64,000 bases of DNA from positions 480,001 to 544,000 of the forward strand of contig CAWFFN010000007.1 of NCBI GenBank assembly GCA_963815115.1. The letters are read 5' to 3'. A model generated the notes under the pieces. It saw only the letters and a list, made by a program, of their open reading frames with translations. It had not been told where the DNA came from and did not search any database. Positions 26,189 to 34,823 of this stretch are shown here, piece by piece (the first letter of the stretch is position 1; every line of letters starts with the position of its first letter). The DNA comes from an uncultured delta proteobacterium. Its GTDB lineage: Bacteria; Desulfobacterota; Binatia; DP-6. The translations under genes and the position numbers were made by a program.

Positions 26189-26659
26189 TCAGGGAGCCGA
26201 GCGGGAGGCGCGGCCGAGGGCGTGGAGCGCCGCGGCCGGCTCGCTCGCGCGCAGCAACGTCTCGCGCAGCGGAGGGGAGCGCAGCAGGGTCGCGATGCTG
26301 GCGAGCGTGTGCAGGTGATCGTTGCTTGCATCGGGCGGCGACAGGATGAGCCCGACGATCCGGATGGGCACGGTCGGCACGGGCTCGTAAAAGCCCTCCG
26401 CGGACAGCGCGAGCGCGACCACGGTCTTGCCGAGGCCGTCGAGCCGCGCATGCGGTACGCCGATGCCGATGTCGAGGACTGCCGTCGACGCTTCCCGCTC
26501 GCGCGCGACGACCGCACTGACGGCGCCGGCTCGTTGCGTCTCCGCGAGCGCCCCGGCACCGACGAGAGTCGCCACCAGGCCGGCGATGGTGTCGGGAAAG
26601 CCCCGCCATGGCGGCGCGATCGCGATCAGCTCGGGACGCAACCGGGAGACGAAGCTCAT
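26189..26659 (-). CDS. PTS EIIA domain protein (PtsN/fructose-mannitol type)
   Basis: REREASTAV..GIGVPHAR with the phospho-accepting His; HLHTLASIA. Confidence 0.88.
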   Translation of the reverse strand: MSFVSRLRPELIAIAPPWRGFPDTIAGLVATLVGAGALAETQRAGAVSAVVAREREASTAVLDIGIGVPHARLDGLGKTVVALALSAEGFYEPVPTVPIRIVGLILSPPDASNDHLHTLASIATLLRSPPLRETLLRASEPAAALHALGRASRSAP

Positions 26660-26729
26660 GGGTGCCGTGTCGTCTAGCGTTCCCGCTGGAGAATGACAAC
26701 GAAACACACCGCCGCCAGCCGTCCCACGG

Positions 26730-27596
26730 TCACGCCGATGCGACGAAGGCTGCGGCGAGCGTGCCGCGATAGACCAGGGTTGCCCCCCCCGTGAGACGGA
26801 CCCGATAGGCCTCGTCCACCTCGACTCGCAGCACGCCGCCGTCCATCACGACGGTGACGGCTCGGGCCGTGTGGCCCAGGCGAACGCAGGCAGCCGCGAC
26901 CGCGCACGCGCTGCTGCCCGAGGCGAGAGTCTCGCCGGCGCCGCGCTCCCAGACCCGCACGCGAACCCGCCCCCGTCCCTCGATCCGGGCGAGCTGCACG
27001 TTGGTCCGGCGCGGAAAGAGGGGGTGGTGCTCCAGCGCGGGGCCGAGGCGGGCGAGATCGGCGGCGGCGGGGTCGTCGACGAAGACGACGCAGTGCGGGT
27101 TCCCGAGGCCGACCGCGGTGACACGGAGGGTAGCGCCTTCCACCCGGGTCGGCTCGTCCACGACGTCGCGCGGCGAGCCGCTGCACGGGACGTCCTCGCT
27201 GCGAAAGCTCGCCGTGCCCATGGCGACGGTGATGTCGGCGATCCGCCCGTCCTGGCGGCCGATGCGACACTCGACGACACCCCCTGGCGTCTCGATCGTG
27301 AAGCGGTCGCCCCGGACCCGTCCGTCCTCGCTCAGCCAGCGTGCGAAGATGCGCAGCCCGTTGCCGCTCTTCTCCGCCTCGCTGCCGTCGGGGTTGAAGA
27401 TGCGCAGCCCGGCGTCGGCCCGCCCGGACGGCACCAGCGCGAGCACGCCGTCGCCGCCGATGCCGCGATGGCGATCGCACAGGCGGCGCACGACGCCCGG
27501 CGTGAGCGCGAACGACAGAGCGGCCGGCTCGACGACGACGTAGTCGTTGCCCAGCGCGTGTCCCTTGACGAACGTGTCGGGCACGACCGGAGCCAT
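26730..27596 (-). CDS. dapF: Diaminopimelate epimerase family protein (Ser/Ser variant)
   Basis: KGHALGNDY, GIGGDG, FNPDGSEAEKSGNG, GNPHCV, FPRRTNV and WERGAGETLASGSSAC. Confidence 0.85.
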   Translation of the reverse strand: MAPVVPDTFVKGHALGNDYVVVEPAALSFALTPGVVRRLCDRHRGIGGDGVLALVPSGRADAGLRIFNPDGSEAEKSGNGLRIFARWLSEDGRVRGDRFTIETPGGVVECRIGRQDGRIADITVAMGTASFRSEDVPCSGSPRDVVDEPTRVEGATLRVTAVGLGNPHCVVFVDDPAAADLARLGPALEHHPLFPRRTNVQLARIEGRGRVRVRVWERGAGETLASGSSACAVAAACVRLGHTARAVTVVMDGGVLRVEVDEAYRVRLTGGATLVYRGTLAAAFVASA

Positions 27597-27653
27597 GCCG
27601 GAGCGCTGCGAGTTTCTCAACCGTCGGCGATCTGGTATTGCGCCACGTCTCGA

Positions 27654-28961
27654 ATGAGTACCGCCGACGATCTCCGGGACGTGCGCCCGGGACGCCAGCG
27701 CGTCTCGATGCTGCTTGCGGTGCTCGTGACGCTCCCCGGTCTCGCGCTGCGTCTCGGTGAATTCGGCCTGTCGCATCCCGCCGAGGCGCTGGTCTACGGG
27801 CTCGCCATCGTGGGCGCGGCGTTCATGCTGTCGTGGGGCGCGGAGGTGGCCCAGCTCGACGTCTCCGCCGGGCTCGCGATCGCGCTCCTCGCCTTCGTCG
27901 CGGTGCTGCCCGAGTACGCGGTCGACCTGGTGTTCGCCTTCAAGGCCGGCGGCGCGGTCGCGGCGTACGGGTCGGCCTGCCGGCCGCCCGGCGCGCCGGA
28001 GGAAAGTCCGTGCTCGCTGGCGCTCGCTAACATGACCGGCGCCAACCGCCTGCTCATCGGCATCGGCTGGTCCATGGTGGTCTTCGTCGCCTGGTACCGC
28101 GCGCGCCGGACGGGCGCCCGACTGACCGAGGTGGTGCTCGATCGGAGCCACGCGGTGGAGCTCGCCTTCCTCGCGATGGCGACGCTGTACTCGCTGACGC
28201 TCCCCCTGAAGCAGAGCGTGACGCTGCTGGATGCGGCCATCCTCGGGGGCATCTTCATCGCCTACACGGTCCGCATCGCCTCGGCGCCCGCGGAAGAGCC
28301 GCACCTCGTCGGCCCGGCGCGCTACCTCGGCACGCTCGGCGCCGGTGCGCGGCGTACCGCCGTGGCCGCGCTCTTCGTCTACGCCGCGATCCTCATCCTG
28401 CTGGTCGCCGAGCGCTTCGCCGATGCGCTGGTGGGGACCGGCCGCGAGTTCCAGATCAGCGAGTTCCTCCTCGTCCAGTGGCTCGCGCCGCTCGCCTCGG
28501 AAGCACCGGAGCTGCTGGTGGCCGGGCTCTACGCCTGGCGCCTCAACACCAACGCCGGCCTCGGCACGCTCGTATCCTCGAAGGTGAACCAGTGGACGCT
28601 GCTGGTCGGCTCGCTGCCGATCGTGTTCGCCATCGCCTCGGGGAGCCTCTCGGGTCTGCCCGTCGAGCCACGCCAGCGCGAGGAGCTGCTGCTGACGGCG
28701 TCACAATCGGTGTTCGCGGTCGCGACCCTGGCGTCCCTCTCCCTCTCCTTGCGGGAGGCCAGCCTGCTGCTCGTGCTCTTCTTCGCGCAGTTCGTGATCG
28801 GGGCGCTGGTGCCGACACCATACCACGGGATCGAGCTGATCGCGGTCTCGGTCGTGTACCTGGTGCTCGGGGCGGTGATCCTGGTCCGCAACCGGGGACT
28901 GATTCGGGGTCTGCTGCGTGACGGCCTGCGCACCCCGCACGAGGAGCTGCGAGCAGCGTAG
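27654..28961 (+). CDS. Cation/Ca2+ antiporter (CaCA family)
   Basis: Alpha-repeat-like motifs AVLPEYAV/LANMTGAN and PLASEAPE/SSKVNQ; many TM helices. Confidence 0.85.
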   Translation: MSTADDLRDVRPGRQRVSMLLAVLVTLPGLALRLGEFGLSHPAEALVYGLAIVGAAFMLSWGAEVAQLDVSAGLAIALLAFVAVLPEYAVDLVFAFKAGGAVAAYGSACRPPGAPEESPCSLALANMTGANRLLIGIGWSMVVFVAWYRARRTGARLTEVVLDRSHAVELAFLAMATLYSLTLPLKQSVTLLDAAILGGIFIAYTVRIASAPAEEPHLVGPARYLGTLGAGARRTAVAALFVYAAILILLVAERFADALVGTGREFQISEFLLVQWLAPLASEAPELLVAGLYAWRLNTNAGLGTLVSSKVNQWTLLVGSLPIVFAIASGSLSGLPVEPRQREELLLTASQSVFAVATLASLSLSLREASLLLVLFFAQFVIGALVPTPYHGIELIAVSVVYLVLGAVILVRNRGLIRGLLRDGLRTPHEELRAA

Positions 28962-29134
28962 CGCGACCCGAGACTTCGTCTCGGGTCGAGACGGAGGGCG
29001 AGACTTAGACTCGATGAACAGTGCGTTCGTCGTGCCGCGAGCGGCGAAGCCGGCCGCGGCACGGCGTTCGCCCGATCCACCCAAGGTACACGCTCGCCTC
29101 CGCTTTCGACCCGAGACGAAGTCTCGGGTCGCTC
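28958..29134. repeat. REP/REPIN-like inverted doublet of palindromes
   Basis: CGACCCGAGAC-TTC-GTCTCGGGTCG (28964-28988) and its reverse complement (29107-29131); inverted similarity extends to ~40 bp; central hairpin CGTGCCGCG...CGCGGCACG; GTAG at 28958. Confidence 0.85.
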
Positions 29135-29138
29135 TCTC

Positions 29139-30356
29139 CTAGGCGAGAACGCCCGCCGCGCGGAGTCGCTCGATCTCGTCGGGCGCGAGGCCGCACACGT
29201 CGTGCAGGACCTGGTCGGTATCGGCACCCAGGCACGGCGCGGCGCTCCGGACCCGCGACTCGCTGCGCGACATGCGCCACGGGACTCCGAGGTGCGTCAG
29301 GGCCCCGACCTCGGGATGCTCGTGCGTGACCGGGAAGCCGCGCGCCGCGAGGTGCGGATCCTCGGCGAGGTCCTGGTTCGTGGCCGAGACGAAGGAGGCG
29401 ATACCGGCGTCCTGCAGCGCGGCCACCGCGTCCCCGGGCTCCCTGCTCGCGCTCCACGCGGTGACCAGCTCCTCGAGCTCGTCCTCGTGCCGCTTGCGCG
29501 CGCCGAGGGTGGCGAAGCGCGGATCGCCGGCGAGCGCGGCTCCTCCGACGAGGCGCGCGAAGCGGCGCCACGCGTCGTCGTCGTCGATGGCGATCGCGAT
29601 CCAGCGATCCTCGCCGGCAGCGCGGAACACGCCGTGCGGCGCCATGTGCGGATCGCGGTTGCCGTCGCGCGGCGGCGGGGCGCCGTTCATGGTCTGCTCG
29701 AGGATCGCTTCCGGGAGGACGGCCATCGACGTCTCCCACTGCGACATGTCGATGTACTGACCGCGTCCGGTGCGGGCCCGATGCAGCAGGGCGGCGAGCA
29801 CCGCGACCGCCCCGTGCAGTCCACCCGTCGGGTCGCCGTACGAGATGCCCACGTGCATCGGGGGATGGCCACGGTAGCCGGTCACCGACGACATGCCCGA
29901 GAGCGGCACCTGGGCCGGGCCATAGGACACCTTGTCGTTGTCCGGACCGGTGGCGCCGTACCCCGAGAGCGCGATCATGACGACGTCGGGGCGCAGGCCG
30001 CGTACGACGTCGTACCCCAACCCCATGCGCTCCATCACGCCGGCGGCGAAGTTCTCGACCACGATGTCGCTCGCCGCACACAGCCGCTTGGCGACCTCGA
30101 GGCCTTCGGGCCGCTTCAGATCGAGGGTGATGCTCTTCTTCCCCTGGTTGTACTGGTTGAAGTACCCGCTGCGGTTCGGGCCCGGCTGGAAGCCGGCGAA
30201 CGGCGGGAGCAGGCGCGTGACGCAGATCCGGGTCGCGCTCTCGACGCGGATCACCTCGGCACCGAGGTGCGCGAGCTGGAGCGTGCAGAACGGACCGGCC
30301 CACACCCAGGTGAAGTCCGCGACCCGCAGCCCGTCCAGCGGGGCGCGCCGGCTCAT
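29139..30356 (-). CDS. Family III CoA-transferase (CaiB/BaiF), catalytic-type subunit
   Basis: PLDGLRVADF..WAGP, GKKSITLDL, VENF, SYGDPTGG (catalytic Asp) and APCLG. Confidence 0.93.
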   Translation of the reverse strand: MSRRAPLDGLRVADFTWVWAGPFCTLQLAHLGAEVIRVESATRICVTRLLPPFAGFQPGPNRSGYFNQYNQGKKSITLDLKRPEGLEVAKRLCAASDIVVENFAAGVMERMGLGYDVVRGLRPDVVMIALSGYGATGPDNDKVSYGPAQVPLSGMSSVTGYRGHPPMHVGISYGDPTGGLHGAVAVLAALLHRARTGRGQYIDMSQWETSMAVLPEAILEQTMNGAPPPRDGNRDPHMAPHGVFRAAGEDRWIAIAIDDDDAWRRFARLVGGAALAGDPRFATLGARKRHEDELEELVTAWSASREPGDAVAALQDAGIASFVSATNQDLAEDPHLAARGFPVTHEHPEVGALTHLGVPWRMSRSESRVRSAAPCLGADTDQVLHDVCGLAPDEIERLRAAGVLA

Positions 30357-31546
30357 CGCACGACCCCGGCCTGCGCCAGCGCGCCGGCATCGAGCCCGAC
30401 CTCGGCGAGCACCTCGGCGGTGTGCTGTCCGAGGCACGGCGCCGGGCGCCGCAGCGTCCACGGCGTGTCCGAGAAGCGATAAGGGGCGCCGGGCATGGTG
30501 ACGGCGCCCGCGACCGGGTGGTCGAGGGTGACGAAGAACCCGCGCGCGCGAAGGTGGGGGGAGTGCAGCAGATCGCCCATCGTCGAGACGGGCGCGAAGG
30601 GCACGCGGCGGCGCTGCGCGGCGTCGTAGAGCTCCTCCACCGATTGCTCGCGGCACCAGTCCTGGAGGAAGGCCTGCAACGCGTCGAAGTTGGCGCCGCG
30701 CGCGAGCCGGTTCTCGAAGAGCTCCATCTCCGCCCACTCCGGGCTGCCCATCACCTCGACGAACTGCCGCCACTGGTGCTCCTCGACGCAGCAGAGGAAG
30801 ATCCATCCGTCGCGACACTCCATGAAGCACAGGGGCTGGATGGGCTTGGCGCCGAGCCGCGACGCGACCAGTCCGCAGTAGGGCCAGAACTCGAAGGTGA
30901 GCTCCAGGATCGCCGCCAGGGACTCCTGCACCGAGACCTCGACGTGCTCTCCCCGGCCGCTGCTCAGGCGCGCAAACAGCGCCCCGAGCGAGGGAATGGC
31001 CGCGTTCAGGCCTGCCTGGAAGCCGCTCTGCTGGCCGAAGGCGCGCAGCGGCGGCAGCTCGGGGTGCGCGGGGTCGCCGTTGAGCGTCGCCACGCCGCCG
31101 GCGCACCATGAGACCAGATCGGTCGCGCGGTAGTGGGCGTGGGGTCCGGAGAGACCGAACGGCGCGATGGAGGTCATGACGAGGCGGGGATTGACTCCGC
31201 TCAGCCGCTCCCAGTCGAGCCCGTGCGCGGCCATGTCGGTGGGATGCACGTCGTGCAGGAGCAGATCCGCATCCGCCGCCAGGCGGTGCAGCACCTCGGT
31301 CCCTTCGGGACGGCGGAGGTCGAGCACGATGCCGCGCTTGTTGGCGTTGAGATAGAGGAAGAGGCCGCTCGTCTCCGGGTTCGGCACGCCGCCCGGAAAG
31401 GGCCCGCGCCGGCGCGCCGGGTCGCCCTCCGGCGGCTCGATCTTCACCACGTCCGCCCCCAGGTCGGCGAGCAGCTTGGTGCCGTAGGGCGCACCCACGG
31501 GTCCGCCGACCTCGAGCACGCGCAGGCCGTCGAGCGCGCCCGCCAC
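30353..31546 (-). CDS. Family III CoA-transferase, partner subunit
   Basis: GALDGLRVLE, LADLGADVVKIEPP.GD, LNANKRG and APCLGQHT; ATGA-coupled to the next gene; GTG start. Confidence 0.92.
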   Translation of the reverse strand: MAGALDGLRVLEVGGPVGAPYGTKLLADLGADVVKIEPPEGDPARRRGPFPGGVPNPETSGLFLYLNANKRGIVLDLRRPEGTEVLHRLAADADLLLHDVHPTDMAAHGLDWERLSGVNPRLVMTSIAPFGLSGPHAHYRATDLVSWCAGGVATLNGDPAHPELPPLRAFGQQSGFQAGLNAAIPSLGALFARLSSGRGEHVEVSVQESLAAILELTFEFWPYCGLVASRLGAKPIQPLCFMECRDGWIFLCCVEEHQWRQFVEVMGSPEWAEMELFENRLARGANFDALQAFLQDWCREQSVEELYDAAQRRRVPFAPVSTMGDLLHSPHLRARGFFVTLDHPVAGAVTMPGAPYRFSDTPWTLRRPAPCLGQHTAEVLAEVGLDAGALAQAGVVR

Positions 31547-31548
31547 GA

Positions 31549-31797
31549 TCAGCTCCCGACGGCCAGCCGAGCGAGCTCGTCGATCGACGCCGGTTCGTCG
31601 ACGGCGCCGAGGCGAACCATCAGCTCGGTGTGCGAGTGCTCGGCCACGGGCCACTCGCGGGCCACCCGCCAGCCCGCGCCGGTTCGCTCGCACAGGTGCA
31701 CGCGCTGCTGGTCCTCGGTCAGGCCGATCGCCGCACGCTCGCTCGGGGTGGTGGCGAACAGCGCGTAACCGGGCTCCTTCATGGTGACGAAGTACAC
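31549..31797 (-). CDS. Hypothetical protein (82 aa)
   Basis: Protein-like composition; ends 2 nt before the CoA-transferase start. Confidence 0.72.
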   Translation of the reverse strand: MYFVTMKEPGYALFATTPSERAAIGLTEDQQRVHLCERTGAGWRVAREWPVAEHSHTELMVRLGAVDEPASIDELARLAVGS

Positions 31798-31843
31798 GCG
31801 GCGGTGCTCCTAGCAGAGCGTCGGTCGCGGAGGCAATCCGGCG

Positions 31844-32524
31844 TCAGCGCTGGGGGCAGACGCCCAGCGTGCCGAAGCGGACCGCGCGCGAGTAGGCGAT
31901 CACGCCGAGGCCCTGGGCGCCGAACTCGCCCAGCGCGGCGAACCCGCCGTCGGTACTCTCGCTGCGCGACCAGTCCCAGCTCGTCCGGAGCAGATGCTCG
32001 CCGTGCGCCCGCTGCCAGAGCAGCGTGTCCCAGGCGATCTCGACCGCGCTCCGCCGGCGCGGCACGGCGGGGGTCGCTGGCCCGAGCGCGGCGAGTACCT
32101 CGTCCTGGGCGCGGTAGCCCAGGTTGAACGTCGCCGGCAGTGGCTCACGGCGCACCAGGCGCCACCCCGCGGGACACGTCTCTTCGGTCGCGAAGGGCTG
32201 CTCGTCGACGGTCCACTCGTCGCGCAGCAGGTAGCCGACGCCGCGGTGCACCCTGGGATCGAGCCCGCCGGCGAGGTGCTCGGCGAGGCGCAGCATGGTG
32301 AGCGGTGCCTGGGCATCCCGCGGCACGCGCAGGACGAGGAACTCGCCGTTGGCGCGGGCGCTGGCGAGATCGGCGGCCGAGAAGGGAATCTGCGCGACGG
32401 CCTGGCGCTCCTCCGCGCCGAGGACCGCGAGCGGGTCGAAGCCGAGCGCGGCCGTGATCTCCGCGGGTCCGAGCACGGCACCGTCGAGGACGGCGCGCGC
32501 TTCGTCGAGGCTCACGACGGCCAT
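31844..32524 (-). CDS. Hypothetical protein, possible C-type-lectin-like fold
   Basis: Clean ORF; C-terminus GEHLL..WDWS...LGEFGAQGLGV...LGVCPQR. Confidence 0.72.
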   Translation of the reverse strand: MAVVSLDEARAVLDGAVLGPAEITAALGFDPLAVLGAEERQAVAQIPFSAADLASARANGEFLVLRVPRDAQAPLTMLRLAEHLAGGLDPRVHRGVGYLLRDEWTVDEQPFATEETCPAGWRLVRREPLPATFNLGYRAQDEVLAALGPATPAVPRRRSAVEIAWDTLLWQRAHGEHLLRTSWDWSRSESTDGGFAALGEFGAQGLGVIAYSRAVRFGTLGVCPQR

Positions 32525-32684
32525 CGTGCCGTCAGACCGCGATCTGGATCGTGAATCATTGCGGGGGCTTCTACCCCGAGATCCGATGCTGTTGCCAATC
32601 GCGGGACGCGTCGTGCGGCAGCAACGGCGACGTCGGCTCGCAGCGCGGCGCGGACGCGCTCGTGCGGAAGGTGGCCGCGGTCCT

Positions 32685-33674
32685 CTACCCGCCGATCTGG
32701 AACATCTGCCGCTCTTCCGTGAAGCGCCCGACGGCCAGCCGGTGCCCCACCGGCTTGTGCGCGACGGCCTTCAGCAGGATCTCGGCCACCGCCGCGAGAT
32801 CGCCGCCGCCGCGCAGCGTCGCGCGGACGTCCATCTCGTCGTCGTTCAGCAGGCAGAGGTGGAAGCGGCCGTCGGCGGTGAGCCGCATGCGGTTGCAGGT
32901 GCCGCAGTACGGCTCCGACACCGGGCTGATGAACCCGAGCACGCCGGCCGCCCGGCCGAGCCGGTAGTTGCGTGCCTCGTCGGACGGATCGGTGGGGGGC
33001 AGGGGTTCGAGCGGCCCGAGCGCCGCCGCGATCAGGGCGCGACTCTGCGCGCTCGTCACGAGCCCGCCGCGGGCCACCACCTGCGTGTCGCCGGTGCCGA
33101 ACGGCATGGTCTCGATGAAGCGCACGTGCCAGGAACGGTCGAGGGTGAGCGCGGCGAGCGGCACGACGTCGTCCTCGTTGAAGCCGCGCACGACGACCGC
33201 GTTGAGCTTGATGGGCGTGAGCCCGGCCGCCTCCGCCGCCTCGATGCCGGCCCAGATGTCGGCGAGCGAGCCCCAGCGCATGACCCGCGCCACACGTTCG
33301 GCGTCGAGGCTGTCGAGGTGGACGTTGACCCGGCGGAGACCGGCGGCGCGCAGGTCCTCGGCGAGGCGCGGCAGCAGGATGGCGTTGGTCGTCATCGACA
33401 GGTCGCCGACCCCGGGCACGCGCGCCAGCCGTGCGACGATCTCGACCAGATCGGCGCGCAGCGTCGGCTCGCCACCCGTCAGGCGGAACTTGCGGAAGCC
33501 CACGGCCACGGCGGCGCGCGCCACCTGCTCGATCTCCGCCGCGGTGAGCAGGTCGGGCGCGGGCAGGAAGCGCAACCCGGTCTCCGGCATGCAGTACACG
33601 CAGCGCAGGTTGCAGTGGTCCGTCAGCGAGAGTCGCAGGTAGTCGATCTCGCGGCCGTAGCCGTCACGCGGCAT
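32685..33674 (-). CDS. moaA: GTP 3',8-cyclase
   Basis: YLRLSLTDHCNLRCVYCMP, RLTGGEP, CGTCNRMRLTADG..HLCL and C-terminal QIGG. Confidence 0.96.
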   Translation of the reverse strand: MPRDGYGREIDYLRLSLTDHCNLRCVYCMPETGLRFLPAPDLLTAAEIEQVARAAVAVGFRKFRLTGGEPTLRADLVEIVARLARVPGVGDLSMTTNAILLPRLAEDLRAAGLRRVNVHLDSLDAERVARVMRWGSLADIWAGIEAAEAAGLTPIKLNAVVVRGFNEDDVVPLAALTLDRSWHVRFIETMPFGTGDTQVVARGGLVTSAQSRALIAAALGPLEPLPPTDPSDEARNYRLGRAAGVLGFISPVSEPYCGTCNRMRLTADGRFHLCLLNDDEMDVRATLRGGGDLAAVAEILLKAVAHKPVGHRLAVGRFTEERQMFQIGG

Positions 33675-33733
33675 GCCCCGCCATCTTCGGCGGCGGGGGA
33701 AGCGAAGTCAACGAACGGACCCGGCCCGGCGGG

Positions 33734-34738
33734 TCAGGCGCGGCGCTCGCCGAGCGTGTGGGCGAAGGAGTGCAGCGCCGATCGAGCGGGCGAGGCGGGG
33801 AGGGCCGCGATCGATGCCATGGCCTTCTCCATCTCCGCGCGGGATCGGGCCGCGACCACGGGAAGCACACCGCTGCGCCGGATGCGCGCGAGTCCCCGCT
33901 CGACCTCGGCGGGCGGCAGGCCGGGCGTCGCGAACAGGCGCTGCAGCTCCGGATCGCACCCGAGGGCGAGGATGATCGGGAGCGACGGGTTGCCGTCGCG
34001 CAGGTCGACGCCGCGCGGCTTGCCGGTGACCGCGGGCTGGCCCTCGACGTCGAGCAGATCGTCGTGCATCTGGAACGCCAGCCCGACGTGGCGGCCGCAC
34101 GCCGCCATGGCCTCGACCACGGCCGGCTCGGCGCCCGCGAGATGGGCCGCGGTCCGGGCGCCGACCGCGAAGAGCGACGCGGTCTTGCGCTGGATGATCT
34201 CGTCGTAGTCTTCGACGCTCACGGTGGGATCGCGCCGCCGCCGCCCCTGCAGGACCTCGCCCTCGGTGAGACCGACGCAGGCTTCGGCCGCCCAGCGCAC
34301 CACCTCCGCCTCGAAGCGCGCGCACAAGGCGAAGGCACGGGAGAAGAGGAAGTCGCCGGCGACCAGCGTGTCCGCGAGCCCGAAGCGCGCGAGCGCCGAC
34401 GGGCGCCCGCGGCGCGTCTCGCCGCCGTCGATGATGTCGTCGTGCAGCAGGGTGGCCGAGTGGATGAGCTCGAGCGCGACCGCCGCCTCGATCACGTCGT
34501 CGCGCCGGGCCCGGCCGGGTGCCGCCGTGGCGTGGAACACCAGCAGGACGACCAGCGGGCGCACGCGCTTGCCGCCCGCCCCGACCAGGTGGTGTGCGAT
34601 CTCCTCCAGCCGCGTCTCGCGCGAGCCGATCTCGGCCAGGAGGCGTCCCTCGACGCGCGCGAGGTCGTCGTGCACCGCGGGCGGGACGGCTGCCGGCGGT
34701 GCGGCCGCGGCACGCTGCGCGACGGGCTCTGCGGACAC
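33734..34738 (-). CDS. Long-chain polyprenyl diphosphate synthase
   Basis: GGKRVRP, ELIHSATLLHDDIID, RRG, KTA and FQMHDDLLD; GTG start supported by the promoter. Confidence 0.93.
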   Translation of the reverse strand: MSAEPVAQRAAAAPPAAVPPAVHDDLARVEGRLLAEIGSRETRLEEIAHHLVGAGGKRVRPLVVLLVFHATAAPGRARRDDVIEAAVALELIHSATLLHDDIIDGGETRRGRPSALARFGLADTLVAGDFLFSRAFALCARFEAEVVRWAAEACVGLTEGEVLQGRRRRDPTVSVEDYDEIIQRKTASLFAVGARTAAHLAGAEPAVVEAMAACGRHVGLAFQMHDDLLDVEGQPAVTGKPRGVDLRDGNPSLPIILALGCDPELQRLFATPGLPPAEVERGLARIRRSGVLPVVAARSRAEMEKAMASIAALPASPARSALHSFAHTLGERRA

Positions 34739-34744
34739 GGCCGG

Positions 34745-34773
34745 ACTCAAAGGGAAGCCGGCGTCAATGTCAA
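34745..34773 (-). promoter_or_regulatory. Putative sigma70-type leaderless promoter
   Basis: TTGACA-N17-TTGAGT, 6 nt upstream of GTG 34738. Confidence 0.55.
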
Positions 34774-34787
34774 GGACGCCGGTCGCG

Positions 34788-34816
34788 TTGCCTTTCGCGG
34801 ACCCGCCGAGTACTCT
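34788..34816 (+). promoter_or_regulatory. Putative sigma70-type leaderless promoter
   Basis: TTGCCT-N17-TACTCT, 7 nt upstream of ATG 34824; no SD. Confidence 0.62.
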
Positions 34817-34823
34817 CGCGCCG

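Noticed and set aside
28958-29134. CRISPR mini-array interpretation of the repeated palindrome
   Set aside because: Only two copies, inverted rather than direct, ~118 bp apart, and no cas genes.
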